A stretch of DNA of 64,000 bases, taken from assembly GCA_002633005.1 (NCBI GenBank), contig NMRA01000001.1:4081101-4145100 (forward strand). Direction: 5' to 3'. The notes below the pieces were generated by a model. It was not told the DNA's origin. It did not search any database and saw only the letters and a program-made list of their open reading frames with translations. Both the position numbers and the translations under genes were made by a program. Of this stretch, positions 22,895 through 34,864 are shown one piece after another. Source of the DNA: Phoronis australis (Eukaryota > Animalia > Phoronida). Every line of letters begins with the position of its first letter. Within the stretch, counting starts at the first letter, position 1.

Positions 22895-23671
22895 GTAAGT
22901 AACTGGTCACTGAGTCAAGCCCGCAGCCGCAGGGCACTGCCACTGACACTGGTCAGATATAGCGGTCCCTGAACCAGTTTCATCTACTAAGTAACAGACT
23001 CGTTATTCAGTGATTGCCTGCTTATCTAAATCAACTACCGCTATACCCAACCAGTGTCTACCGTCAGTATTGTTGTAGTGCTGAAAAATCTTGCTGACCC
23101 CGAGACTTGAACCAGGGTCGCATGAGAGCTGAGCGATTTAGAGAGACTTTATATGGCAGCACGTCACTCTCGCAAGTCATGTGTGACAACACTCCTCTCC
23201 CATGTATGGATCAAACCTGTCCCCTGGCTTAGGTCGGCCACGTCTCTGGCCTGGGTTGGGTTTTCTGACTGCCGGCAGCATGGAATGCTGTCATCCTGTC
23301 TGGTCGACAAAGGTTCTTTCGTTGATTGGCGCCATGGCATTGTTGAACCGGGATTTCTCCGTGTGAGAACCAAGCATCCAAATGGTTCAGCGAAGAGGGA
23401 ATTGCAGCTTTAAAGATGCATTTGCATGGTCCTAACGATGCTATTGTATAGCAGGTACTAAACAACAATGCCATTTTAACATAATCTACTCTAAAAAGTG
23501 CAGTTGTATTAATTGACAACTTGTAAATCAATGTAAATGTGAAAACAAAAATTCTGCAAATAGGTGTCCTTTGCACTAATGACATACAAATATACCATAT
23601 TGCACGAAAATACATCAAGAAACTGGGTAAATATAGAGGCATACATAAAGGAAACCTAAATTGCCATTAAG

Positions 23672-23827
23672 CAGTGCTGTAGTGGCACGTAGGCACAGGT
23701 AGGTGCAACCAACCACCTTTTTGCATTTGAACGTAGTGCCTACGCACCATAAGTTACGTTCAGTGCTTAAGGTGATACGGTGGGCTTTGGGCGCCTACTT
23801 ACCTTTAATTTTACCCCTGCAGCACTG
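23672..23827. mobile_element. 156-bp hAT-type MITE in TMX1 intron 1
   Basis: TIR cagtgctgtag / ctgcagcactg (10/11); 8-bp TSD ccattaag (23664-23671) / ccattaaa (23828-23835), 7/8 identical. Confidence 0.75.
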
Positions 23828-24689
23828 CCATTAAAGGGCACCATAGGAGATCTTCCAATCAACAATCAGTGTCAGTTGTGCTCATCTCAATGGCAACATT
23901 TCTGTACAGATTACATAGGTACGCCAGGAAGTAGGAAAATGTGGCTGTCTCCATAACTGAAACTTATTTGTGAAATTTGATGAAAATCAGTCAAAAAACT
24001 TGCTAGATAAAGAGACTAACATGAATAAGTAAAGTTGCCACTAGGGGCCCAGTGGTAGTCAAATGCATCCCGAAACTTTCTTGTGTCATCTCATTTGTAA
24101 AATTTCACATTCACTAAGGATTTGGAGATGAAGCAGCAGATGCCAGACAAAAAGACCGGGATGACAGCATATTGGGTCTTCACACGCATGCTTGCAAACA
24201 GTCATACAGAACAGGGCAAAAGTAATCAGACAATATAAATCTTTGCCCCACTTGATGGCTAGTCCTGTTAATGCAAAAATGACTGGTAATAGCTATTACC
24301 ACAGCTAATTACAGAATGTCTTAGCCACCATACTAACTTTCCTGTTTCCCTTCATTTTCAGTCACAAAGGAAGACCACTTTGACCATGAATTCTTCTTTT
24401 GCCCCAGCTGTCATGGCAAGGAATTCCGGGTCGTTTTTTAGGATACGTTTGGCTTGTACTGTATATTACTGTATACAAATAACCCGGAAATGACAGTTAA
24501 AGGAACACTCTTGGCGTGAGAAAAAATTTCACAGAAAATATCATGGAATCAAACTAACTAGTAGCATTACTTCATAGCAATAGACACACCATAAGATGCA
24601 CAACAAGAATACAGTAACACTGATGATTATGATCTACATGGATACTGCTCAAGATATTCAAACAGCTGTTCTATGATTGTGTCCTGCAG

Positions 24690-26230
24690 TTCTCGTTTGT
24701 TGAGAACACCTCAGTGGATCGCTTTTTGACCAGTTTTCATGCCTTCGTTGAACGCATCACTCAAAAACATCTTTACGCTTTCAGTCATTATTTCAGACCT
24801 TTATGCTGATTTCAGAGCCCATCCCATTGTGCTGTATGACTCTCCTGCAGTTTGGAAACTAGCTGCCTGCATTTTTACACCTGCAAATGTAAAACTCAAT
24901 AATATAGTATATGTTATCTAGTCCATTGGCAGGCTACCAGAGCAACAATTGTCAAACACTCGTAAACACCACTCACATACCTAATTGTAAGCTAATCCCT
25001 GTTCACACAAATCAAACACAGTTTTTGCAACCAATATTCAGGTCAAAAACTGACGTGACTAAGAATCATGTGCATGACTCGTGGAAGAGTGTGTGAGTAG
25101 TGTTTAAAGATAACAAAGCTGGATGCAGTTCACCAGGAGCCATGCTTTTTGGATGGGTAGCCATGTTTTGTGAATTCACAAAATGAGCTTACAAAATTCA
25201 AATGTTGTGGTTATAAGTGAGAGAATTGTGCTGTTTGAGTGGTCTGATTGATACAATAATCCATGTCAAAAAAATCCAGCCTAAATTTGTGGGAACGTCC
25301 AACTCAAGCTATAGCTGCATAGGCTGTTGAGTAGCATGCTCCACAACAGCTTCACTTTTTGTTGCGTTGTAATATAGAACATCACATTGCGTATTTCCAT
25401 GTTGACTATTAATTAAGTCAACTAGGAACAGTCAGTGACTAAAATGCACAGCAAAGGTTATACGTAAAACTTATGGATTTGTGATGCCAAATTGAGTTCA
25501 ACGAGCATGCTGTTAGATCACGAACTTCACTTTCTATACCAGTGACTTTGGCAGCCCACTTTCTCCCCACATCAGCGATGATCTTCAAGTGCTGTTGGCT
25601 GTTTATCATGCCAGCCCATGCTTAGCTGCTGCTTGAGTTTGTTTTGAGAGGCAAAAGTGTTGTTACAGCCATCTTTTGTACACAGGAATATCTTCGTCTT
25701 CCGATTGCTGAAACTAGTGAAAGGTCTCAATGAGGATGCAACATGACATTCCTGAATCACTAGTTCAACTGGTTTGCAATCAGAAGCAGGATTCTCCAAA
25801 ACCACCCCATCTCCTATCCCATATGCTTTCCAAGCAACCACTTTTCTTGTTGAAATAGGTAACTTAGTTGTAAGCATTGGAACACAAGTCCTTTTTAAAA
25901 ATCAAGGTATGAAAAATATTCCATTCCACCAAATATTTAACTTGTGTTTCCAGACCGCGTACACACCTGAAACTAGTTCTCAGATGGTATGACTAAATCA
26001 CGGTGAGATTTCTTAGAAAAATTAGTCTATGTAATTGTATACAGCCCATACTGTGAATTGTTACGTAGCTCACCTTCAAATGAGAAGTTATTAAGTTGAT
26101 GTACGGTAGTCCTAGGATTGAGTGGTGAACACCCTTTGCATTCCCAAGGCTGCAAACGTACACCTTGGCTTACAACCTGGATCATAACTGCCACATACAG
26201 TGCTTTGGAGAGATGATCTTTTGTTCTAAC
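24690..26230 (-). pseudogene. Decayed, intron-containing DNA transposase C-terminal region (C2H2-like finger; possibly Sola3-like)
   Basis: Collinear minus-strand pieces: VHQLNNFSFEG (~26075-26105, then gtgagc donor), KVVAWKAYGIGDG...IFLCTKDGCNNTFASQNKLKQQLSMGWH (25600-25850), MGWALKSA*RSEIMTESVKMFLSDAFNEGMKTGQKA (24720-24827); contains stops and frameshifts. Confidence 0.6.
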
Positions 26231-27071
26231 AGGCTGGCCAGTTGCTTTGTCTCTCACACTCCCATTCGTGCCAGATTGCCAATCAACTCCCATTCTTCCA
26301 AGTGATCTAAAGCGTTGACACTTTTCGGGTATGTGACAATATACTTGTTGTAAGTAAAACAGCGGCTCTCTGGCTTTGCCATTTTCCTTCAGAGCGTGAC
26401 CTATTTTCGTGAACCTCATTCCGTTTCTTAGCTAAATGTCAATAATGCAATATTTCGCTAAAAGAATGCTCGAAGCAATTCTGGCTATCTTGAATAAAAT
26501 TTAGTATGATTTTTTTATTACGATTTACTTCCAATTTTGATCATATTTTTCATATTTTCTGCTTTGCGGCCCTCTATTGGTGGCAGTATTAAACAGGTGA
26601 AAGTGCTTTCGCTGAAGTGTAAATTCGAGAATTAAAAAAGGTGCTGTCCACGGAAATAACAATATCTTGTCAAAGACGAGAGCTGTAGCTATCACAGAAC
26701 CCATGTGTGGGTAGTGTGTGTTTTTGCGCGCTTGAATTACATGGGCCTCTATATAGGTCTAAATTGGTAGCTGTTTTTGGCCCATGGAGGCAAGGCATTC
26801 AAAAGTTCCTTAAAAATATGAAAATACGTTATTCTGAAATATTTTTGGCATTCGCAATTACAAAAAGGATAGTTTTGTATAACTCAATCACATTTTTATT
26901 TTTTAAACGCCAGCAAAGTGGTTTAATTCCCATGGAAACACAGGGCATTTTCAACAGTCGCACAAAAGGGGTTAGGCCATTTTTCACCCGATTTAGTTAT
27001 TCGTTATATATTTGCAAAGTGACGAAAGACAAAACTAATTTTTATATTTTGTAACTAATTCACCCCAAGTG

Positions 27072-27106
27072 ATATATATATATGTATATGTATATGTATA
27101 TATATA
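27072..27106. repeat. (TA)n/(TATG)n microsatellite
   Basis: atatatatatatgtatatgtatatgtatatatata. Confidence 0.9.
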
Positions 27107-28315
27107 CATGTCATGTTCTCATAATATTGCAATTTGCCTGACGTTCTCATGCAGTGACTCTTAAACATTAAAATGTCAAATATGTGTATAAAGACTATTA
27201 AATGTCATATCAACAGCATTTATTTTTATCAAATACAAACAATAATTCATTGAAATACAATCAGTTTCAATTTGTAACAATAAAACCATGGTGTTTTAGT
27301 AAAAGTTGCAGTTGTGACCGACTTAGTGACCTTGAACTTGGTAGAATGAAACTAGATAAGAGGTCACAAGCTCCAGTAAAATTCAGTAAAATTATTGTTT
27401 CATTTAATCATTGGTGTTGCTCGCCTATCATTGAAAATGTCTAAATGATGCAGCTATACTTTGGCATGTGTCGCCCTTCACATATAGCCACAGTGAGTGG
27501 TAAAATATGAATGATCATGACTCCAGTGAGTTTTGACTATTATTGATGGCTTAGCAATGCTGTTTTTGTTTTGGAAATTTATTCAGATGTACTTGTGAAT
27601 GTCAGTGAACTGCAAGAGTGATTCTATTCACTAGGTCACATCCCCTAGTGAGGGTAATTACTGTTTCTTATCAGATGATATCTATACAAGGCTTGAAAGG
27701 ACCTGGCTGCACGTTTCCATTTTCTTTTGGGTACATGAAAGACGATGGAAACCATAAAATCTGAATAGAGGAATAAAAGTTGGACTATGTGGGTTTTTGA
27801 ATTTTCAAAATTTGTCAGGTAATAGTGATTTCATCAACAAAAACCTAAGCCTTGAGCTATAGTCATTGGAAAGTAGTTTCTAGCATGGCCTACAATCTAA
27901 TTATACACCGCATGGCTAACTTACAATTGAAGCTGGACCTGAACAAATGTTTATAAAACCAGTTGTGGTGAACCAATGGCATGGATGAGAGGGTGTGACA
28001 CTATCTGCCAACCTGTGAGCATGATAACAATAGCTCAAGAAAGCATCTGTGAAAGCTTTTACAATGTACAAAATTCATTTTAATATGAAGCTGTCTATCT
28101 TCTTCTTACAACAGTTTTATCAGTATCTGACATTTGTAAAGCTTGGTCGAAGCTGAGCTGCAGATTCGAATGTTGACTTAACAATATAAGGCTGCATTTT
28201 TGCTTGAGCTGCTTAAAAAAATTTTAGAAAAAATTGCAATTATCTGTGACTATGTGTAAGCCAAGTTTATTTTTCCCTCAAGAAATACCCTAATTGTTGA
28301 TTCTTCCTTCCTCAG

Positions 28316-28477
28316 TTATGCTCCTTGGTGTCCAGCTTGTCGTCAACTGACTGAAGTATGGGAACAGTTCAGTAGCTGGAGTAAAGATCTGGACATCAAA
28401 GTGGCTAAAGTGGACGTGACGGAAAATCCTGGACTGAGTGGACGCTTTCTCATCTTTGCACTGCCTACCATTTATCA
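28316..28477 (+). CDS. TMX1: TMX1 exon 2 (YAPWCPACRQL...GLSGRFLIFALPTIY)
   Basis: Acceptor cttcctcag|T, donor TATCA|gtgagt; 162 nt; CPAC active site. Missed by the ORF track. Confidence 0.95.
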
Positions 28478-29115
28478 GTGAGTTATACTACATAACTGTG
28501 TAATTGACAGTCATCAACATGGCAGAAAATGCTGGGAGTGGGATGTTTATGTGTAATTAATTACAGCAAAACAGCTATGAGAGACCAGATTTTTTATTCT
28601 CGAGTTTATTAAAGCAATGGGCAAAAGTGAGCTCAAACTTCAAATATTTACGATATAGCTTTGGTATAGTGATAACAAGGGGTTGACCTAAAAATTCTGT
28701 TTTGAAATGGTTTCTTACCCTTCCAAAATAAGATAACACAAATATTTCAATACAAAAAAAACAAAATGTCAGTGGCCATCACAACCCCCATAACGCTTCA
28801 TGAATGGAACAGGAAAGAGAAGCAAATCGTGTGGAAGAACACAAACATACACAACTATACTTTAGTTTTATGGCATGTGTCAGAAAATAGGACACATGAC
28901 AAAGCTTCAAAAAGGGGGATGTTCCTGCCAAAAGCGGGACAGTTGGAAAGTATTGTGCACATCACACTAAGCACTGCACCCTGACCTGTGGTCAAACAAG
29001 GAGTGTAGTTACTATCAAACAGTGTTACTCGTATGCTGTTTGTTATATGGTGTGAATCTGTTATTGTCGTAATTGTTAAGTTAAATTCATTACTATATTT
29101 TTTTCTTTCTTCCAG

Positions 29116-29244
29116 TGTAAAAGATGGTGTGTTTAGGCAGTATGCAGGTTCCAGGGAGGAAAATGAGTTTATTAGTTTTGTTGATGATAAGAAGTGGCAA
29201 AGCGTGGAACCAGTTCCCTGGTGGAAGAATCCTTCATATCCGCA
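29116..29244 (+). CDS. TMX1: TMX1 exon 3 (VKDGVFRQYAGSREENEFISFVDDKKWQSVEPVPWWKNPSYP)
   Basis: Acceptor tttcttccag|T, donor CCGCA|gtaagc; 129 nt. Confidence 0.94.
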
Positions 29245-30329
29245 GTAAGCTTGCCTTGTTTGCACTGTTTGTTAATAGTAATGTTGTGAAAAACACAAAG
29301 TATAATGCACCGCTGGATGCTTAGCTAAATGCATTTGGGGTTTCCAAAACTGAAAATCTCAGGTGCTTAAATCAAGTCCAAAGTTTCCTATCTGGCACAG
29401 TCAACCAAAAAAGAAACAGAAGAGGTTGAGCAGCCATGCATTCTCTTGTGCTTCTCTAATTTCCCCTGTAAATGTCTAAATCGTCTTCATTGTTGAACTC
29501 AATTCTTCCCGCTGACAAGGACCAAACATACCGTACAAATGACTGCATTGGCTGATGGCGTGAATTTTGCCAATTTTGCCTGATTTTTCCCCGAATAATT
29601 CCGACTTCTGTCTGTTTACTTCATGTTCCAATTGAAATGTGGTGGCCAATGCACTGATTTAACGAAATAAATGTAACAACTGTGAATCAAATGTATTAAA
29701 TCTAGGAAAGGTGTTAGTAATTTAAAATTTGGAAGTCAACACGAACTTTGAAACGAATTTAGAGGGAATTATTATCTGACTTTGATACTTGCATGGTGAC
29801 TTAGAATTTTTCCTGTAGGTCGCCAAATTGAGTGCTGATAACGGTACTTTGTCTAGTAATTTGTACACAACATGCAAATTGTATTTCCCGTTCACACAGT
29901 TAGGTGAAGTGAAAAGTTATAAACCATTATAGACCAAGTGCGGGTATTTGGAACACTGGAGAAAAATTCATCAAAGCTCATGCTGCACTAGGTCTGTGTT
30001 ATCACTGATAAAAAGTTATCAAGGCACCAAGAAAGAACCACTGAAATCTCCATATTACAAGCATTATAGCGTCAGGCTAGGGTGGTAGAGGGTCGCCATG
30101 ATTGCAAAATCTCTGTGCTTAAAGTGCAGAGGTTATGCAAGTGTTACAAACTGTGGACAGTGCCATGTAACGATACAGTGTAGCCACCAAACTGATGTTT
30201 TGGAAGCGTTTTGTTGTTGTAGCAAGAGCTCGTAAAATACAGTTGTGATTGTAACCTCAATTCCACTCGTCTAGGTACCTTGTGCACCAAATAAACATGG
30301 TATCAGACCAGCCCATTCATAGTGTCACC

Positions 30330-31630
30330 TTCTTTTTCGCATCACGCCTGTTTCGTGCTCTTGAGAGGATTTATAAGAATTTTTCATGCAGTCCGTTTGT
30401 GCTGCTGTCCGCTCGATATCTTGAGAACCCGTGGTCAGATGATGATGAAATTTGGCTCAAGAATATGGGGCATCACTAGAAGGGTTCATGCAACTTTTCA
30501 ATATGCCCCACCCCCTGGGGGCGGGGGTGTGTGGCTTTTTCAGTATTTTATGGGGAAGAGCATTTCGTGACTTGACCCAGAGGTATACGATGCCAATGTG
30601 CTGGCACCATTTGATTTTGAAATGGATTCGACCTCTGCAGAACATCCTAGTGGCCATTTTGTTCTCGATATGGGACTTCTCAAGTGTTGTTAGGGGGAAG
30701 AGCATTTCCAGATGTTATATAGAGAACCGATTGACAGATTTGAGTGAAACTTAATACCTAGGTACATGATGACAGTGCACCCGCATCATTTGATCAAGTG
30801 GATTTGACCTCTACAGAACTTTCTAGTGCTCATTTTGGGAAAGAGCATTGCCTGATGATATCTAGAGAACTGATTGATGGATTTCAATGAAACTTGACAC
30901 ACAGGTTTATGACGTCAAATCGCCCCCACCATTTGATATTCAGGCAGATTTGACCACTGCAGCACCTCCTAGTGGCCATTTTGGGAAGAAGATTTCAGCA
31001 TGATATCTAAAGAACTTATTAACGGATTTCAATGAAACTTAACACTGAGGTATATGATCACAATGTGCTGGCACCATTTGATTTTCTGGCTTATTCACCC
31101 TTGCAGCGTCTGTTTTGGGGAAGAACGTTTCAGGATAATATCTGGAGATCCGATTGACGGATTAGAATGAAACTTGACACAGAGTTATGTGATGCATCAT
31201 TAAATTGCCAGGCGGATTCAACTGCTGTAGCACCTCATAGTGGCCTTTTTCTGAACAAGTGTTTTTGATGTGATATATGAAGAACAGGTTGACGAAGCTT
31301 GACACAGACATATGTGATGACAATGCATGATGACTGGTTTTTGGGGTGGGTTTGACCAGTGGAGCATCGTGAGATGGGGATTTTCTAGTGTTGTTTAGGG
31401 GAAGAGCATTTCCAGAATGTATCTGGAGGTCCAACAGATGTATTTTAATGAAATTTTACATGGATGCAAATGATGACCATTGGTTGATTTTGGGACAGAT
31501 TTGACCACAGCAGCACCTAATGGCCATTTTGTTCTCGCCAAAGGGCTTTTCAAGTGTTGTTTGCAGAAGTGCATTACCAAATTTATTACTACATGTAGAT
31601 TGTCTATTTATAGAGCACGTTGCTGGTGAG
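30330..31630. mobile_element. HINE/DINE-like element with internal ~140-bp tandem core repeats (about 8 units) in TMX1 intron 3
   Basis: ggggaagagcatttcc...gatatctagagaac..attga..gatttcaatgaaacttgacac...catttgatttt...gcacctcctagtggccattttg recurs at about 30555, 30695, 30838, 30983, 31117, 31250, 31398 and 31565; degenerate gtcc tract near 30390-30410. Confidence 0.7.
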
Positions 31631-31789
31631 GTTTTGCATTAGTCTGAGGAGGTCTGTCTGTGATGTGATGTGATGTATATGACTTCTTAAATCATAATTT
31701 AAGGATGTTTAACTTTAGGTCTGTCCTATTGTGTCCTTTAAGCCTGAGAGTTTGGTTGATAAAAATCGAGACTTTCATTTTAACAACCA

Positions 31790-32040
31790 ATAGACGTTTT
31801 CAGTTTTGATAGCGGAGCTCTCAGACTAAAGGAAAATCCCATGTATGCTTTCATAGATAAGAATTGCAATTTGCTTGTTTCATGCGGCGATATCCATGAA
31901 AAAATAAGATTTTTAGAAAAAAAAATACAGCCAAGTGATTTCAAACATATTGACATCGCTCTGTGGTCATCATGGATTTTAAAAATACTATTTTATGTAT
32001 CTAGTAGTTATTTAAGAAATTCAATCCTTGGTGATGTTGA
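31790..32040. mobile_element. Partial copy (one arm) of the foldback family seen at 50180-50799
   Basis: catcatggattttaaaaatactattttatgtatctag...aagaaattcaatccttggtg matches catcaaggattttaaaaatatagttttatgggtctag..aagaaatttgatccttgatg at 50721-50779. Confidence 0.6.
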
Positions 32041-32127
32041 AGCATATTAACTTAAAAGTTGACTATCATGTTTTTGTGTGCGTTAATTCACAGGAATTCT
32101 TTGTAATATGTTTTTGTTTGCCTTCAG

Positions 32128-32173
32128 CATGGCAGTGGTGTCGTGGTTCTTCAAGTCAGCCATGGTTGTGAGG
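32128..32173 (+). CDS. TMX1: TMX1 exon 4 (MAVVSWFFKSAMVVR)
   Basis: Acceptor tgccttcag|C, donor AGG|gtaagt; 46 nt, phase 2 to 0. Confidence 0.88.
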
Positions 32174-33360
32174 GTAAGTTGATAGATACACAAAATCAAG
32201 CCTTACTAAGGGGGGCACACACAGTAGATGGTGATTTTTATCAGTTTGTATTACTGGAAGGTGAATACTCTTTTAGTCAGAATAAAGTTGGTATGTTGAA
32301 GAGATAATGGAAATAGTTTTATGTCATTAGCTTTTGAAATTTTTCAAAATTCAGTTCTTGTCATAAAACCATGTAATTAACAAAATTTAGACTTCTGATG
32401 GCTTTTCTACGTATTGCTAATCACGCATAATTTCAAACTGGTTATCTATCTATAGATACTTTATACGTCCTCCTGACCAGCTGCTTCGAAGCACATATTT
32501 GTTAAATTTACAAATGCTGAAAAACAACACTTTGAATTTCACCTGATAATCGTGACCATTACTGGCTGGAAAAGTTGAACATTTTTATGTACACCACTCT
32601 GAAGGGTGGTAGATAATTTACCTGCACGTCTGGTGCCGAACAAAAGAGTTTGGGATTGCATAACAATGGATTAGATCGATATCTGGGTTCAGCCTCCATT
32701 TAGAAACCTTTTGTTGTCATTAACTGAAACCTGACAGGTTTTGTAATGTGTGCATTTGTTATTGCCATTATCAGTAAATGTGAAAGATGGTATGGCCAGT
32801 TATTATAAATTTAGAAATTGATATGAAAACAACTTTCATGTCACTTGTTATTCCCCAAGACTGATCTAACAAAAATTATCTTTGTTGATGGTCCAGTGTC
32901 TGATCTTTGTACCTGAAGTTGAACTGAAATTATTTTTGACATTTTCAGTTTCTCTGTCAGAATGTCTTTTATTCTGTGCTTGAATATGTTGTGGTTTACG
33001 CTGATGAATGTCTAGTTCAAGTTTGCACTGGCTGACGCCTGGATTAAAGCTACAAACTTGATTATAAAAATCAGGATATCGAGTAAAAACTCAAAATTTC
33101 GAGTTCAGACTCACATTACTGCTGGGGTCGTCAAGTGTAAGCCAGGATTATACTGTCATCCAATTAAACTGTTATGGAGAACATAATAATATAATAGACA
33201 CTAATCTTGAGTTTGCACAAAAGCAGTACAGAAAAATGTAATTTTGAGGACAAAGATTAGACCCGGGCCCAAGAACTATTTGTTCCAGAGCCCAACTGCA
33301 GTTCCGAGTAATTTTGGGTACCTGTTGCAGACAGTTAAGTTAAGCGTGTTTACTTTTCAG

Positions 33361-33462
33361 TCAACTTTTAATCTAATAACAGAAGATTACGGGTATCCTG
33401 CATGGGTGGCGTACGTGGTCTTCGCACTTTCTACAGTGGTTGCTGGGCTTTTACTGGGTCTT
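33361..33462 (+). CDS. TMX1: TMX1 exon 5 (STFNLITEDYGYPAWVAYVVFALSTVVAGLLLGL; TM helix)
   Basis: Acceptor tacttttcag|, donor CTT|gtgagt; 102 nt. Confidence 0.93.
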
Positions 33463-34329
33463 GTGAGTATCTTAAGTATTTGGTCTTACCACATTTACAT
33501 AGGTTGTTGAGAAATTGTTACGTATACTGGCAACATCTGTTGCAAGTGAACATGTGTTATGTGTACAGTGCACCAAAGTTATTGCGTCAGCTCAAAGAGC
33601 CTGCTTTGCAGCAGACGATGTTGACATGTTGATTTTGTCTTTCAGAAAACATAGACTTTGTGCAGTAGGCACCATTAAGTTATGTAGGTAATTATTGTCT
33701 TGTCTGTGTATGTTGCCAAATGTATGCAAAACTACAGTAAAACTGGAACATTTTCTGAATGTGGAAGCCGTTAGAATTCCATGTTTAACTTTACGCCACG
33801 TTGCTCTTAAACTGGGTCCCGTGACCATATCTTCCTAAAAACTAGTAAAAAAGAAAGGTACATTCAATCATACATTCAATGGTGTCAAATTTCGTTTGAT
33901 ATAATATTCAAGATGAAGTCCCAAAACGCTAGTTTTTAATTCCTTTTTTGTCTTATGCAACTTATGAATTTTTCATAAAATTCAAACTTTTTCACAGTCT
34001 GTAGTGGAAAATTGTAACATTTTTAAACAATCCCTTACAGTGTTTAAAGAAAATTGAGTAAAGCATGGTTGCATTATCTGAAAGTTTCACACAAATCCAA
34101 TCGGCCATTTCTGAGATCGATGTTCCAAAGTTTGCCAAATTTGGTAATTCTTCAAGGGTCCTGTGTTACCTTATGTTACTTTAGTCACCATGGCCATTTG
34201 TTGTTTCATTTGTAGTAGTGCTCTTCCCCAAAGACCAAAAAATGGGAGTGAAACAGCATTCCTTAATTTCAAGAAGAATTTCTTATAACTTTATGAACGT
34301 ACTTGGAATTATGTAACTTTTGTTTGTAG

Positions 34330-34434
34330 TGCTTCGTATGCTGTTGCGATTTCCTCTGTCCACCACGTTATAGGGAACAGCCACTACCTGAGAAAGAAAC
34401 ATTGTCTAAGGAAAGAGGCAGCGATGAAGAAGAG
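34330..34434 (+). CDS. TMX1: TMX1 exon 6 (CFVCCCDFLCPPRYREQPLPEKETLSKERGSDEEE)
   Basis: Acceptor tgtttgtag|, donor GAG|gttagc; 105 nt, phase 0. Confidence 0.85.
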
Positions 34435-34765
34435 GTTAGCCGACGATTTAGCAATTCAGCTTATTTTTTGCTTAGTGCGAAATGCATCTTCTGTTACATA
34501 GCACTTTGAGACTTGGCTGGCACATTTATATCAGTACCATATATGCTGTATTTAGGCTCATGCACGTCAGAAATAATGCATCATTTTTCTAAGATAAACG
34601 TTTACTCACAAATGTTTCGCAAAAAGGTGCGTGTGCTAACGTTTTGCTAATAGGCGGAGCTGAGTGTCCTAACACTATGTCTTCCAGAGGCTGCTTAAAG
34701 CATACTAATGTGTTCTACCTCTGGTGGAAGTGTTTGATATAATGCCCCGCCTTGCTCTTATCTAG

Positions 34766-34864
34766 GAAGGTGAACAACTGGAGGATCATCCGGTGACAGA
34801 GGCGGGGAATGGTGACGGTGATGCTTCAGCCAGTGCTCGACGACGCAAGATAAGGAAGGATTGA
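34766..34864 (+). CDS. TMX1: TMX1 exon 7, last coding exon (EGEQLEDHPVTEAGNGDGDASASARRRKIRKD*)
   Basis: Acceptor ctcttatctag|, TGA at 34862-34864; basic C-terminal ER-retention-like motif. Confidence 0.85.
   Translation, partial: EGEQLEDHPVTEAGNGDGDASASARRRKIRKD

Larger units (their letters stand above)
22740..34864 (+). other. TMX1: Thioredoxin-related transmembrane protein 1-like gene, complete CDS (7 exons, 798 nt, 265 aa)
   Basis: Signal peptide, thioredoxin fold with FYAPWCPAC, SGRF..ALPTIYH.KDG.FR.Y, single TM helix, acidic tail ending RRRKIRKD; all six introns are GT-AG and phases match. Confidence 0.93.

Noticed and set aside
23090-23150. tRNA gene (minus-strand ggttcaagtc B-box-like motif)
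   Set aside because: No A box or cloverleaf could be built; at most a SINE remnant.
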